In this document: positions 1 to 8,558 of the stretch, one piece after another
How positions within the stretch are numbered: the stretch's first letter is position 1
Layout of the letters: every line of letters begins with the position of its first letter
Assembly (NCBI GenBank): GCA_963705105.1
Contig: CAVPIW010000011.1
Span: forward strand, 24,080-88,079
Length of the DNA: 64,000 nucleotides
Direction of reading: 5' to 3'
Source: an uncultured Nitrospiraceae bacterium
GTDB taxonomy: Bacteria; Nitrospirota; Thermodesulfovibrionia; Thermodesulfovibrionales; Dissulfurispiraceae
The notes under the pieces: generated by a model
Told to the model about the DNA's origin: nothing
The model's input: only the letters and a program-made list of their open reading frames with translations
Databases searched by the model: none
Program-made: the position numbers and the translations under genes

Positions 1-1275
1 TTTTCTCAGGAAGGTCGGGATGTCGTACATGTCCTCGACGGGAAAATCGGGCGTCGCGTCTTTGGGCGGATCTTTTTCGCTGCCCGGCGACACATCTGCC
101 GGTCCCTGCTGCTCCGGGACGCCGGCCGCGTCCTGTTCTCCCGATGAAGAGGACCCGACCCGGGGAGGTGGCGGCAATGTAATCTCCTCGGCCTTCCCGG
201 AAGGCGCCCTCGATGGAAAATCGATGCTCTTCGAGAGCAGCCGATCCGAAGCCTTCAGGCCGAAAGGCTCCCTCTTCGGCGCCCATTTCTTGATCGACGG
301 GATTTCAGGTCTTTCGACGGGCTCATCGAGACCGGTGGCGATGACGGTCACCCTCACCTCGTCATCCATATCGGCGTTGATGACGGCGCCGAGGATGATG
401 TTCGCATCCTCGTGAGCGGAGTCATGGATGAGCGATGCCGCGTCCTGGACGGTGTCAAGGGACATGGTGAGCCCGCCGGTGATGTTGATGAGGATACCCT
501 TCGCGCCCTCGATGGACGATTCTTCGAGGAGCGGGTTCGAAATCGCCTTTTTCGCCGCTTCGAAGGCTGCGTTTTCGCCCTTGCCCATGCCTGTCCCGAT
601 GACCGCCTTTCCGGCGTTCTCCATGACCGTCTTGACATCGGCGAAGTCGAGGTTGATGAGTCCGGGGACGACGATCAGGTCGGAGATGCCCTGGATCGCC
701 TGCTTCAGGACTTCATTCGCCACGGAGAAGGATTTCAGGAGGGGAGTTCCCTTGTCGACGACGAGATGGATGCGGTCATTGGGGATCACGATCAGCGTGT
801 CGACATTCATTCTCAGCTCGCGGATGCCCTCCTCCGCATTGATCGCCCTCTTTCTGCCCTCGTAGTAGAAAGGCTTTGTGACGACGGCCACGGTGAGAAT
901 GCGCAGTTCTTTGGCGACGGCTGCAATGACCGGGCTCGCACCGGTCCCTGTCCCGCCGCCCATCCCTGCCGTTATGAAGATCATGTCGGCGCCCTCCATG
1001 CAGGAGATCAGGGTTTCGCGGTCTTCGATGGCGGCCTGCCTTCCGATTGAGGGGTTCGCACCGGCGCCGAGTCCCTTGGTGATCTCCCTGCCGATCTGCA
1101 CCTTCAGGGGGGCGAGCGATTCTTCGAGATGCTGATTGTCCGTATTGACGGCGATGAATTCGACACCCAGCAGACTCGTGGCGACCATCGAATTGATGGC
1201 GTTGCCCCCCCCTCCGCCGACGCCCACGACCTTGATCCTCGCGACCATCTTCTCTTCCTCTACCAGCTCAAACAT
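1..1275 (-). CDS. ftsZ: Cell division protein FtsZ (3' end runs off the window)
   Basis: Not in the ORF track. Minus strand from ATG at 1275 reads MFELVEEEKMVARIKVVGVGGGGGNA, contains GGGTGTG and ends in the conserved tail YDIPTFLRK at the window edge. Confidence 0.97.
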   Translation of the reverse strand, partial: MFELVEEEKMVARIKVVGVGGGGGNAINSMVATSLLGVEFIAVNTDNQHLEESLAPLKVQIGREITKGLGAGANPSIGRQAAIEDRETLISCMEGADMIFITAGMGGGTGTGASPVIAAVAKELRILTVAVVTKPFYYEGRKRAINAEEGIRELRMNVDTLIVIPNDRIHLVVDKGTPLLKSFSVANEVLKQAIQGISDLIVVPGLINLDFADVKTVMENAGKAVIGTGMGKGENAAFEAAKKAISNPLLEESSIEGAKGILINITGGLTMSLDTVQDAASLIHDSAHEDANIILGAVINADMDDEVRVTVIATGLDEPVERPEIPSIKKWAPKREPFGLKASDRLLSKSIDFPSRAPSGKAEEITLPPPPRVGSSSSGEQDAAGVPEQQGPADVSPGSEKDPPKDATPDFPVEDMYDIPTFLRK

Positions 1276-1385
1276 GACACCCTCCTCGCAGACACGTCTC
1301 TATCCTCTATAAAACACTAGTCATTATTCATTAGTCATTAAGAACAAAACACCGTCAGGCAAACAGGCACTGTAAATGCTCCCTT

Positions 1386-1722
1386 TTACCTTATCGTTGC
1401 ATACGCCTTCCGGAAAGGCGGGGTGTATGCGCCACCGGACAGTAAACAATAGACAGTAGTCGGGAAAAGGCCACGAACAGCCGGCGGGAAGGTTGATGTG
1501 GTGAAAAGCCTTTCCGCTAAGATACCGTATTCATCCCCGGACCACACGTTGCCGTGTCTATCGATACCAAAATCCCGTCAGGCAACAGGCGCTGAACACC
1601 TGGAAAAGTCTCATCATCGCATTGGAAAGGCTTTGAACCATATCTGCCTTCCCGGCATCAACGCCTCGATCAGCAAGGCTTTGAGGCGCTTTGCCCCGCC
1701 TTTTCATACAACAGAAAGGTTT
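1386..1722 (+). repeat. Modular palindromic element E1 (end arms + heptamer tract + 168-bp hairpin module A at 1486-1653)
   Basis: Left arm TTACCTTATCGTTGCATACGCCTTCCGGAAAGGCGGGG, right arm CCCCGCCTTTTCATACAACAGAAAGGTTT; module A recurs across the window. Confidence 0.9.
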
Positions 1723-1757
1723 ACTCTCACTCACACTCGTACTCACACTGTCATTGT

Positions 1758-3059
1758 TCATCCCCTCCATGTCACCTTCTGGAACCAGCCCTTCATCTTG
1801 TCGAGAACATCCGCAAAGAGATTCCCTGAGGCCATGTCGGGGAAGTCGGACCTCATCATCTGGCCGCCGAACATCACAAGCCCGATTCCCGTGGCGTACA
1901 TAGGGCTGTTCAGCTCTATCCGGAGCATCGGTGCGACCTCCTGCCGGCCTGCCGCAACGGCCTCCCGGCCGGGGCCACGGCAGGGTACGTTTCCGGGAAA
2001 CCCCACCCGCACAGGCAGAGACAGCTCCGCCTCGGCAAGCCTGTCGAATCCCGTCAGGAGCGACGCTCCGCCGGTGAGCACCACTCCTGACAAGGTAAAA
2101 CCCTGTTCCTGGATCCTGTCGAGATCGTTCCTGATCAGGGCGAGCAGTTCTTCGCCCCGGGGCTGAAGGATCTCCGTCACGCAGGTCCTCTCCATGTGCT
2201 GCACCTGCCCGTCGATCGACACAACGTTCATAAAACCCGCCTGTTTCCCCTCTCTGCGGATCACGGAGCCGAATTCCTTCTTGATCCGCTCGGCCTCCTG
2301 AAAGGTGATCTTCAGCCCCACGGAGAGGTCATTGGTGAAATGATTCCCACCGATCCCGATGACGGAGGCATGCCTGAGCCATCCGTCACGGTAGACGGCG
2401 ATGTCCGTCGTGCCCCCGCCGATATCGACGAGGGCGATGCCCGACTCTCTTTCGTCGGCGGACAGCGTCGCCTCGGCGGAAGCGAGGGGCTGCATGACGA
2501 TATCCAGCACCTTCCTCTGTGCCCGCTCGCAGCAGCTTATGAGATTCTGCACGGATGCGACAGAACCGGTCACGATATAGACCTTCACCTCCAGCTTGTC
2601 ACCGGCGAGACCCACGGGGTCCCTGATACCCGCCCGGCCGTCGAGGATGAAGTCCGTCGGCAGCACATGGAGAATCTCGCGGTCGAGGGGAACGTACACG
2701 GCGCTTGCCGCATCGATGGCCCGTTCCACGTCTTCCTGTGTCACTGTCCGTCCCCTGACGGTCACGGCCCCGTGGCTGTCCAGGCTCTTCACGTGGCTTC
2801 CCGCTATGCCGACGAATACATCCCTGATCGGGATTCCCGCCTGTTCCTCCGCCCCCGCGACAGCCCGGCTTATGGCCTCTGCAGCGGCATCGACATCGGT
2901 CACCACACCCTTACGGAGTCCCTTCGACGGACCGGAGCTGAGGGCGATGATTTCGAGCCCCTTTGAGCCGACCGTTGCGACGATGGCGCAGATCTTCGTC
3001 GTGCCCACATCGAGACCGACGACATATCTAACGCCCTTTCTTCTTTTTATTCCGGTCAT
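1758..3059 (-). CDS. ftsA: Cell division protein FtsA
   Basis: VVGLDVGTTKI, LVDIGGGTTD and VLTGGASLL actin-fold motifs; lies between ftsQ and ftsZ. Confidence 0.97.
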   Translation of the reverse strand: MTGIKRRKGVRYVVGLDVGTTKICAIVATVGSKGLEIIALSSGPSKGLRKGVVTDVDAAAEAISRAVAGAEEQAGIPIRDVFVGIAGSHVKSLDSHGAVTVRGRTVTQEDVERAIDAASAVYVPLDREILHVLPTDFILDGRAGIRDPVGLAGDKLEVKVYIVTGSVASVQNLISCCERAQRKVLDIVMQPLASAEATLSADERESGIALVDIGGGTTDIAVYRDGWLRHASVIGIGGNHFTNDLSVGLKITFQEAERIKKEFGSVIRREGKQAGFMNVVSIDGQVQHMERTCVTEILQPRGEELLALIRNDLDRIQEQGFTLSGVVLTGGASLLTGFDRLAEAELSLPVRVGFPGNVPCRGPGREAVAAGRQEVAPMLRIELNSPMYATGIGLVMFGGQMMRSDFPDMASGNLFADVLDKMKGWFQKVTWRG

Positions 3060-3858
3060 GCCTGGTCTCTTTTGCGACAGCCGGTTTCGCCGGCCGCGGC
3101 GCCTTCGCAGGTTCAGTCACGTGCTCCACGGGCTGGACGATGATCCTGTTGGCGAACCGCAGATCGATGGACGCCACTTCGATGTTTCTCTTCCTGATTT
3201 CATCCTTCACAAACTGGAGTCTCTCAAGCTTTTTCTCGAAATCTCCGCTTCCCACCCTGACCGGTATGCCGTCGATCCTGAGCGTGATCTCCTCCGGCTT
3301 CTTCCCCGTCACTTCCATGTTGCCGTCAAGGACGAGCACCTTTCTCTCGTTGAGAAACCGCAGGAACGATATCACCTCGCGATAGGCCTCCCCGTTGTCC
3401 GTCGGATTGATATCCCGGATAACGGGAAGAAAGAGGGTCGTGTCCTCACGCATCCTCTCAAGGACGATGCCGTCCTTGTCGATGAGGAAAGGATCATCCT
3501 TTATGATGAGCAGGGCCACCGGCACAGCCTCACGGATACGGATTTCAACGGTCCCCGAAAGGTCCCTCCGAATGGCGGCATCTTTTATCCACGGCGATTT
3601 GATGAGTCTCTGATGAATTTCCGCAGGGGAGAGACGGAAGAGGTTGTCTTTGACTTTCAGACCCGACAGGCCCCTCAGTTCGTCTTCCTTGATGTGGTGG
3701 TTGCCGACGAAGGATATATCGGTAATAACGAGGGCATGGGCGGTGAGGTAGTACAGCAGGGCACCTGAGACGGACGCGAGAAGGACAAGAGATAACACAA
3801 AGCGGAGCCTTTTTTTCTCCTGCCTTTTTTTCAGGGTTCTCTTGCTTCTTCCTATCAC
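3028..3858 (-). CDS. ftsQ: Cell division protein FtsQ/DivIB
   Basis: Basic N-terminus, single TM helix, POTRA-like region, IDLRF C-terminal motif, dcw position. Confidence 0.9.
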   Translation of the reverse strand: MIGRSKRTLKKRQEKKRLRFVLSLVLLASVSGALLYYLTAHALVITDISFVGNHHIKEDELRGLSGLKVKDNLFRLSPAEIHQRLIKSPWIKDAAIRRDLSGTVEIRIREAVPVALLIIKDDPFLIDKDGIVLERMREDTTLFLPVIRDINPTDNGEAYREVISFLRFLNERKVLVLDGNMEVTGKKPEEITLRIDGIPVRVGSGDFEKKLERLQFVKDEIRKRNIEVASIDLRFANRIIVQPVEHVTEPAKAPRPAKPAVAKETRHDRNKKKKGR

Positions 3859-4820
3859 TCTTTCCCGGCTTCTCCCATTGCAAGGCTGAGGATTTTACCG
3901 ACAAGATCACGAAAGGACAGACCGGACAGGCGGGCGATCTTGGGCAGGAGGCTCGTTTCGGTCATGCCGGGGATCGTGTTCACTTCGAGCACATAGGGTG
4001 TGCCGGAATCGGAGAGGATCAGGTCGACTCTCGTGGCGCCGGCGCATCCGAGGGCGTTGTGCGCCTTCAGCGCCGTCTGCCTGAGGATCTCGTATTCCTC
4101 GGCGCTCACCTCGGGAGGCAGGATGTATTCCGTCATGCCGGCAGTGTATTTCGCCTCATAGCTGTAGAATTCGAGGGACGGCCTGACCTCCACGCCGCCG
4201 AGGATCGTGCTGCCCAGTATCCCGATCTGGATCTCCTTCCCCTTGATGTACTGCTCGACGATCACCCTGTCGCCGTATTCGAATGCCGCGTCGAGGGCCG
4301 GGCCTGCCTCGGCGGTGGACCTGACGATGCTCACTCCGATACTCGATCCCTCGGCTGCAGGCTTGATCACCCAGGGCAGGTCAAAGGAAAGGGGCAGTGT
4401 TCCGTAAGGGGGAATATCGACACCTCCGGCGGCATCACCGGGATGCCCGGTCGATATGCCTCTTTGCAGCACGATGAAAGGCGCAACGGGGACGCCGTGA
4501 AAGGAGAAGAGCTTCTTGGACGCAACCTTGTCCATGGCCAGGGCCGATGCCAGCACGCCCGATCCCGTATAGGGTATTCCCATGACCTCCAGGAGGCCCT
4601 GAACGGCGCCGTTCTCACCCACCCCTCCATGAAGGGCGATGAAGGCGACGTCGACGGCTTCTTTCCTGAGCGTCTCACAGACCTGCGAGGAGGCATCGAT
4701 GAAGACGGAATCATGGCCGAGATCCAAAAGGGCCTGGTGAATCGCGGAGCCCGTTCTGAGCGAAACGTCCCGTTCCTCCGACGTTCCCCCCGCGAGCACT
4801 CCTATGCGTTTTCCCTTCAT
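3855..4820 (-). CDS. ddl: D-alanine--D-alanine ligase
   Basis: [26 protein letters not shown] and [10 protein letters not shown] motifs; start placed at ATG 4820 after GGAGG. Confidence 0.96.
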   Translation of the reverse strand: MKGKRIGVLAGGTSEERDVSLRTGSAIHQALLDLGHDSVFIDASSQVCETLRKEAVDVAFIALHGGVGENGAVQGLLEVMGIPYTGSGVLASALAMDKVASKKLFSFHGVPVAPFIVLQRGISTGHPGDAAGGVDIPPYGTLPLSFDLPWVIKPAAEGSSIGVSIVRSTAEAGPALDAAFEYGDRVIVEQYIKGKEIQIGILGSTILGGVEVRPSLEFYSYEAKYTAGMTEYILPPEVSAEEYEILRQTALKAHNALGCAGATRVDLILSDSGTPYVLEVNTIPGMTETSLLPKIARLSGLSFRDLVGKILSLAMGEAGKE

Positions 4821-4923
4821 CGTCCGGTCCCTCCGTTCCATGGAATCATAAGTTGCCGCGTCGAACCAATAACGTAATAGTTTACATCAATTGCGCATGT
4901 GATATCACTCCTCTTATCCTGAG

Positions 4924-5264
4924 GTTACCTTATCTTTGCAGTTGCATGAAAAGGCAGGGCGAAGATGCCACTAAGCAGGAAGCAATAGACAGTAGGCTGC
5001 GGTGGGAATGAGACGACATATGCACCGACGGGAAGGCTGATGTGGTGAAAAGCCTTTCCGCTAAGATACCGCATTCATCCCCAGACCACACTTTGCCTTG
5101 TCAACCGATAACAAAAGCCCGTCAGGCAACAGGCGCTGAACACCTGGAAAGGTCTTATCATCGCATTGGAAAGGCTTTGAACCATATCTGCCTTCCCGTC
5201 GGCAGCATCGCATTCAGTAAGACTCCAAGGCATTCGCCCCGCCTTTCCGGATGGCCTATGCAAC
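4924..5264 (+). repeat. Modular palindromic element E2 (module A at 5030-5197)
   Basis: GTTGCATGAAAAGGCAGGGCGAAG ... module A ... CGCCCCGCCTTTCCGGATGGCCTATGCAAC. Confidence 0.88.
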
Positions 5265-5336
5265 GTTCAGAGCGTTCAGAGAACGGCACCTGCCGATCAA
5301 GTTGGCGTTGTCCTGCGAATTGTGCTATAAAGGTCC

Positions 5337-5960
5337 ATGATCATCCCTGTTTCACCGGTCAACGAGAAGAACGCAGTCGCCACAGCCCTGAAGGTCTTGA
5401 CGGAAGGAGGCATCATCGCCTATCCGACGGAGACCTTTTATGCACTCGGAGCCAGGTATGACCATCCCGTCGCACTGGAAAGACTTTGTTCTATAAAAAG
5501 CCGGGCGACGGACCGGACGCTGCCCCTCATCATCGGGTCCGAAGAGCACCTGCCATTGCTTGCCGAGCACGTGCCGGCCCTGGCGAGGAGGCTCATGGGG
5601 CGGTTTTGGCCCGGTCCCCTGACCGTCGTTCTCCCCGCCAGGGCCGGTCTTGACGACCGCATCACCAGTGGCGGGAAGGTGGCCCTGCGCATTCCCGGTG
5701 AGTCCTTCGCCCTCAGGCTCGCGAAAGTCTCCCCTTTCCCGGTGACGGCGACGAGCGCAAACATCTCGGGCAAGCCGCCGGCGGACACCGCCTCCATGGT
5801 GACCGCGTATTTCGGTGACTCCGTCGATGCCGTTTTCGACGGGGGGAAGACCCCCGGCGGTCTTCCGTCGACGATCGTCGATGCCGCCGGAGAGACCCTG
5901 CAGATCCTGAGGGAAGGAGCGATTCCGGCAAGAAATATCCTTCTTGCACTGACCTCCTGA
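5337..5960 (+). CDS. tsaC: L-threonylcarbamoyladenylate synthase (TsaC/YrdC)
   Basis: YPTETFYAL, FWPGPLT, TSANISG and PSTIVD motifs. Confidence 0.95.
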   Translation: MIIPVSPVNEKNAVATALKVLTEGGIIAYPTETFYALGARYDHPVALERLCSIKSRATDRTLPLIIGSEEHLPLLAEHVPALARRLMGRFWPGPLTVVLPARAGLDDRITSGGKVALRIPGESFALRLAKVSPFPVTATSANISGKPPADTASMVTAYFGDSVDAVFDGGKTPGGLPSTIVDAAGETLQILREGAIPARNILLALTS

Positions 5961-6160
5961 AGAGCCCGGCAGGACTGCCTCACCTTTCCTTCCTTTCCCC
6001 TTGAAAAAGGGGGTTGCAGGGGGTTGTCCTTCCCCGGCCTGCCGGAACTCCACATTCCCCCTCGACGGTGACAACAGTAAATGTCATTTGCTGAACGATC
6101 GTTGCCGGATCATGAATGTTCACTATTCGTATTTTTTTGTATCATATTCTAATTTTTTTG

Positions 6161-6190
6161 TTGACAAAGGTTATGTTTACTGTATACAAT
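6161..6190 (+). promoter_or_regulatory. Putative sigma70 promoter
   Basis: TTGACA-N18-TACAAT in an AT-rich stretch about 20 bp upstream of the 6210 ORF. Confidence 0.55.
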
Positions 6191-6209
6191 TTGACAATGG
6201 AGCGCACGC

Positions 6210-6755
6210 GTGCTTAAGACCCTGTTCTCCTCATCCATACGTGCTGAACTTCTGGCACTGCTGCTCAACAGGCCCGATGAGAAGTTTTACATCCGGGAAA
6301 TCGCGAAGATGCTGAAGAAGAATCCTTCGGGAGTAAAGAGGGAGCTCGACAAGCTGGAGGAGATGGAAATCGTTCTGAGTGAGAGAATCGCCAATCTCAG
6401 GTATTTCCGGTCGAACCGGAACTCTCCCTTTTTCACGGAGCTGAAGGATCTGATTTCCAAATCGATCGGCCTCAGCGGGAATCTGAAAGACCTGTTGCGG
6501 GCGAACGGCATTAAGACGGCTTTTATCCACGGTCCGTATGTAAACGGAGATGATGCCCCGAATGTTGATGTCATCGTAGTCGGCCCGGTCTCACCGGCGC
6601 TCACACACGGTTTGCAGGAGCTCGAAAAAAAATTCTGTAAAAAAATACAGTGTTCATTTATCGAAGAACCTGATTACAGGCTCAGAAAGAAGAAAGACCC
6701 GGAACTGAAGCTGATTCTCTCAGGCAAGAGAATTCCGCTGCTGGGACGGGCATGA
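6210..6755 (+). CDS. ArsR-like winged-helix protein fused to a degenerate nucleotidyltransferase-like domain
   Basis: N-terminal LFSSSIRAELL...FYIREIA...VKRELDKL wHTH pattern; C-terminal AFIHGPYVNG...NVDVIVVG resembles the MNT GS..DxD region. Confidence 0.75.
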   Translation: MLKTLFSSSIRAELLALLLNRPDEKFYIREIAKMLKKNPSGVKRELDKLEEMEIVLSERIANLRYFRSNRNSPFFTELKDLISKSIGLSGNLKDLLRANGIKTAFIHGPYVNGDDAPNVDVIVVGPVSPALTHGLQELEKKFCKKIQCSFIEEPDYRLRKKKDPELKLILSGKRIPLLGRA

Positions 6756-6820
6756 GCTTTTTCCACAGCCGTAGACCGTGTGATTGTGAGTGATCCAAAC
6801 AAAGAAAGGGGGTGAAGAGA

Positions 6821-6898
6821 ATGGCGACAAAGAAGGCTCCTGCGAAGAAGGCGGCGACGAAGACCACTGCGAAGAAGACGTCGACGAAGAAGAAATAG
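6821..6898 (+). CDS. 25-aa Lys/Ala/Thr-rich peptide MATKKAPAKKAATKTTAKKTSTKKK
   Basis: Strong SD (AAAGGGGGTGA) upstream, ATG to TAG, terminator directly downstream; below the ORF-track cutoff. Confidence 0.75.
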   Translation: MATKKAPAKKAATKTTAKKTSTKKK

Positions 6899-6913
6899 AA
6901 TCAGATCGACAGG

Positions 6914-6969
6914 AAGGGGATACCGGCGTTTCTCCGTGCCGTTATGGAGAAAGGCGGTATCCCCTTTTT
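6914..6969 (+). terminator. Intrinsic terminator
   Basis: Stem AAGGGGATACC..TTTCTCC / GGAGAAA..GGTATCCCCTT followed by a T run; sits between convergent genes. Confidence 0.8.
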
Positions 6970-7025
6970 ATTGCCCGAAGATATTTCTTCTTGATATCAG
7001 GGGGATGCGAAGGCGAGTCGCGGTG

Positions 7026-7910
7026 CTACGAGTAGTTCGAGACGTGCCTGCTCAGGTGGTCGACGTCGCTGACGAGCTGGTAGCAATCGACGGACGCGAA
7101 GAGCTTCTTGAGAAAATTGATGTTTGCCGTGTGACCCGACTTCTCGAAGATAATGTGCCCCTGGATGGGGAACCCGAGGAGGGAAATATCTCCGATGGAG
7201 TCGAGTATCTTGTGCCGCACGAACTCGTCATTAAAGCGGAGTCCCGATTTGTTGATGATCCCGTTGTCGCCGACGATGACCGCGTTGTCGAGGGATCCGC
7301 CCCTGGCAAGTCCCTTTGCCCTCAATTTTTCGACATCCCTGAGAAACCCGAAGGTTCTCGCCGGAGCGAGCTCACTGATGAAGCTGTTCTCGTTGAGATC
7401 GATAGTCATCTCCTGCTGCCCGATCAGGTTGTCGTGAAAATTGATATAGCAGGATATGCGCGTCGTCTCGCAGGGAAGGGCCAGGATCCGGGAATGCGCA
7501 TCTTCATACACGACGGGCCTCAGGATCTTGACGTAGGGGAGCTTTTTCCCCTGCTTTGCGATTCCCGCATCGAGGATGATCCCGACGAGATGGGTCGAGC
7601 TGCCGTCGAGTATGGGGATTTCAGGGCCTTCGACCTCGATGATAATGTTATCGATGCCGAGTCCGGACAGCGCGGCAAGAAGGTGTTCGACGGTCCTGAT
7701 CTTGACGCCGTTGAACCCGATCGTCGTTGCGAAGGCCGTGTCGACGACATAATTGACACTGGAACGCATGAGCGCGTTCTTGTCGGAACGGAAAAATATG
7801 ACGCCTGTATCCACCGGGGCGGGCTTCAGCCGCACCGTCGCATATTTGCCGGTATGCAGGCCGATACCGCCGAAGGTGATCTCTTTCTTGATTGTACGCT
7901 GTAATCTCAT
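7026..7910 (-). CDS. lpxC: UDP-3-O-acyl-N-acetylglucosamine deacetylase
   Basis: QRTI..GIGLHTG, TVEHLLAAL, PILDGS and RHKILDSIGD motifs. Confidence 0.97.
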   Translation of the reverse strand: MRLQRTIKKEITFGGIGLHTGKYATVRLKPAPVDTGVIFFRSDKNALMRSSVNYVVDTAFATTIGFNGVKIRTVEHLLAALSGLGIDNIIIEVEGPEIPILDGSSTHLVGIILDAGIAKQGKKLPYVKILRPVVYEDAHSRILALPCETTRISCYINFHDNLIGQQEMTIDLNENSFISELAPARTFGFLRDVEKLRAKGLARGGSLDNAVIVGDNGIINKSGLRFNDEFVRHKILDSIGDISLLGFPIQGHIIFEKSGHTANINFLKKLFASVDCYQLVSDVDHLSRHVSNYS

Positions 7911-7923
7911 CAGTTTGAAATTT

Positions 7924-7939
7924 AGCAATTAATATGCCA
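7924..7939 (-). promoter_or_regulatory. Sigma54 (-24/-12) promoter upstream of lpxC
   Basis: Minus strand TGGCAT-ATTAA-TTGCT matches TGGCAC-N5-TTGCW with correct spacing. Confidence 0.7.
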
Positions 7940-8048
7940 CTAAAATGTCCTGATAAAACAGTGCCCTTGAACGGCGATGGTGTTGATTAATTGCGATGCT
8001 GTGGAATATTTGCCACACCCCGCCCTCCCTTTCTTTATCTCAACGGTC

Positions 8049-8556
8049 GTTGCAACAGGACCTCCGGATAGACGGGGCGAAGATATCACTGAAAAATAGA
8101 CGGTAGACAGCAGACAATATATTGTATAGTCGGAACAAAGCCACGACCACCTGGGCGGGAAGGCCGATGTGGTGATAAGCCTTTCCGCTAAGATACCGTA
8201 TTCGTCACCAGACCACACTTTGCCGTGTCTATCGACAGCAAATGCCCGCCGGGCAGCAAGCGCTGAACACCCTGGGATGTCTCATCATCGCATTGGAAAG
8301 GCTTTGAACCATATATCTGCCTTCCCGAAGGGGGCGCAGATATCAGAACTATTCCTTTCACTCACACTCACACTCACACTCACACTGTTTTTCAGGAGCT
8401 ATTCCTTTCACTCACACTCACACTCACACTGTTTTTCAGGAGCTATTCCTTTCACTCACACTCACACTCACACTGTTTTTCAGAAGCTATTCCTTTCACT
8501 CACACTCACACTCACACTCACACTCACACTGTTTTTCAGAGCGCTTCACCCCGCCT
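8049..8556 (+). repeat. Modular element E3 (module A at 8157-8326) with a compound tandem repeat at 8349-8540
   Basis: Module A, then four units of CTATTCCTTT(CACTCA)nCACTGTTTTTCAG with n=4,3,3,5, then right arm GCGCTTCACCCCGCC. Confidence 0.9.
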
Positions 8557-8558
8557 TG

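Noticed and set aside
1498..2166. Recurrent ORFs beginning MVKSLSAKIP (also 5042, 8169, 34751) and the reverse-strand MVQSLSNAMM peptides
   Set aside because: They are translations of module A; length and frame differ between copies and several run antisense into real genes.
5996..6025. CCCCTT..AAGGGG hairpin as a tsaC terminator
   Set aside because: Short stem with no U tract and no clear second copy in the window; not enough support.
6790..7035. 81-aa acidic ORF from the track
   Set aside because: It overlaps the SD-supported Lys-rich frame and runs through the terminator.
8349..8540. CRISPR array
   Set aside because: The intervening sequences are copies of one hexamer rather than unique spacers, and no cas genes are in the window.
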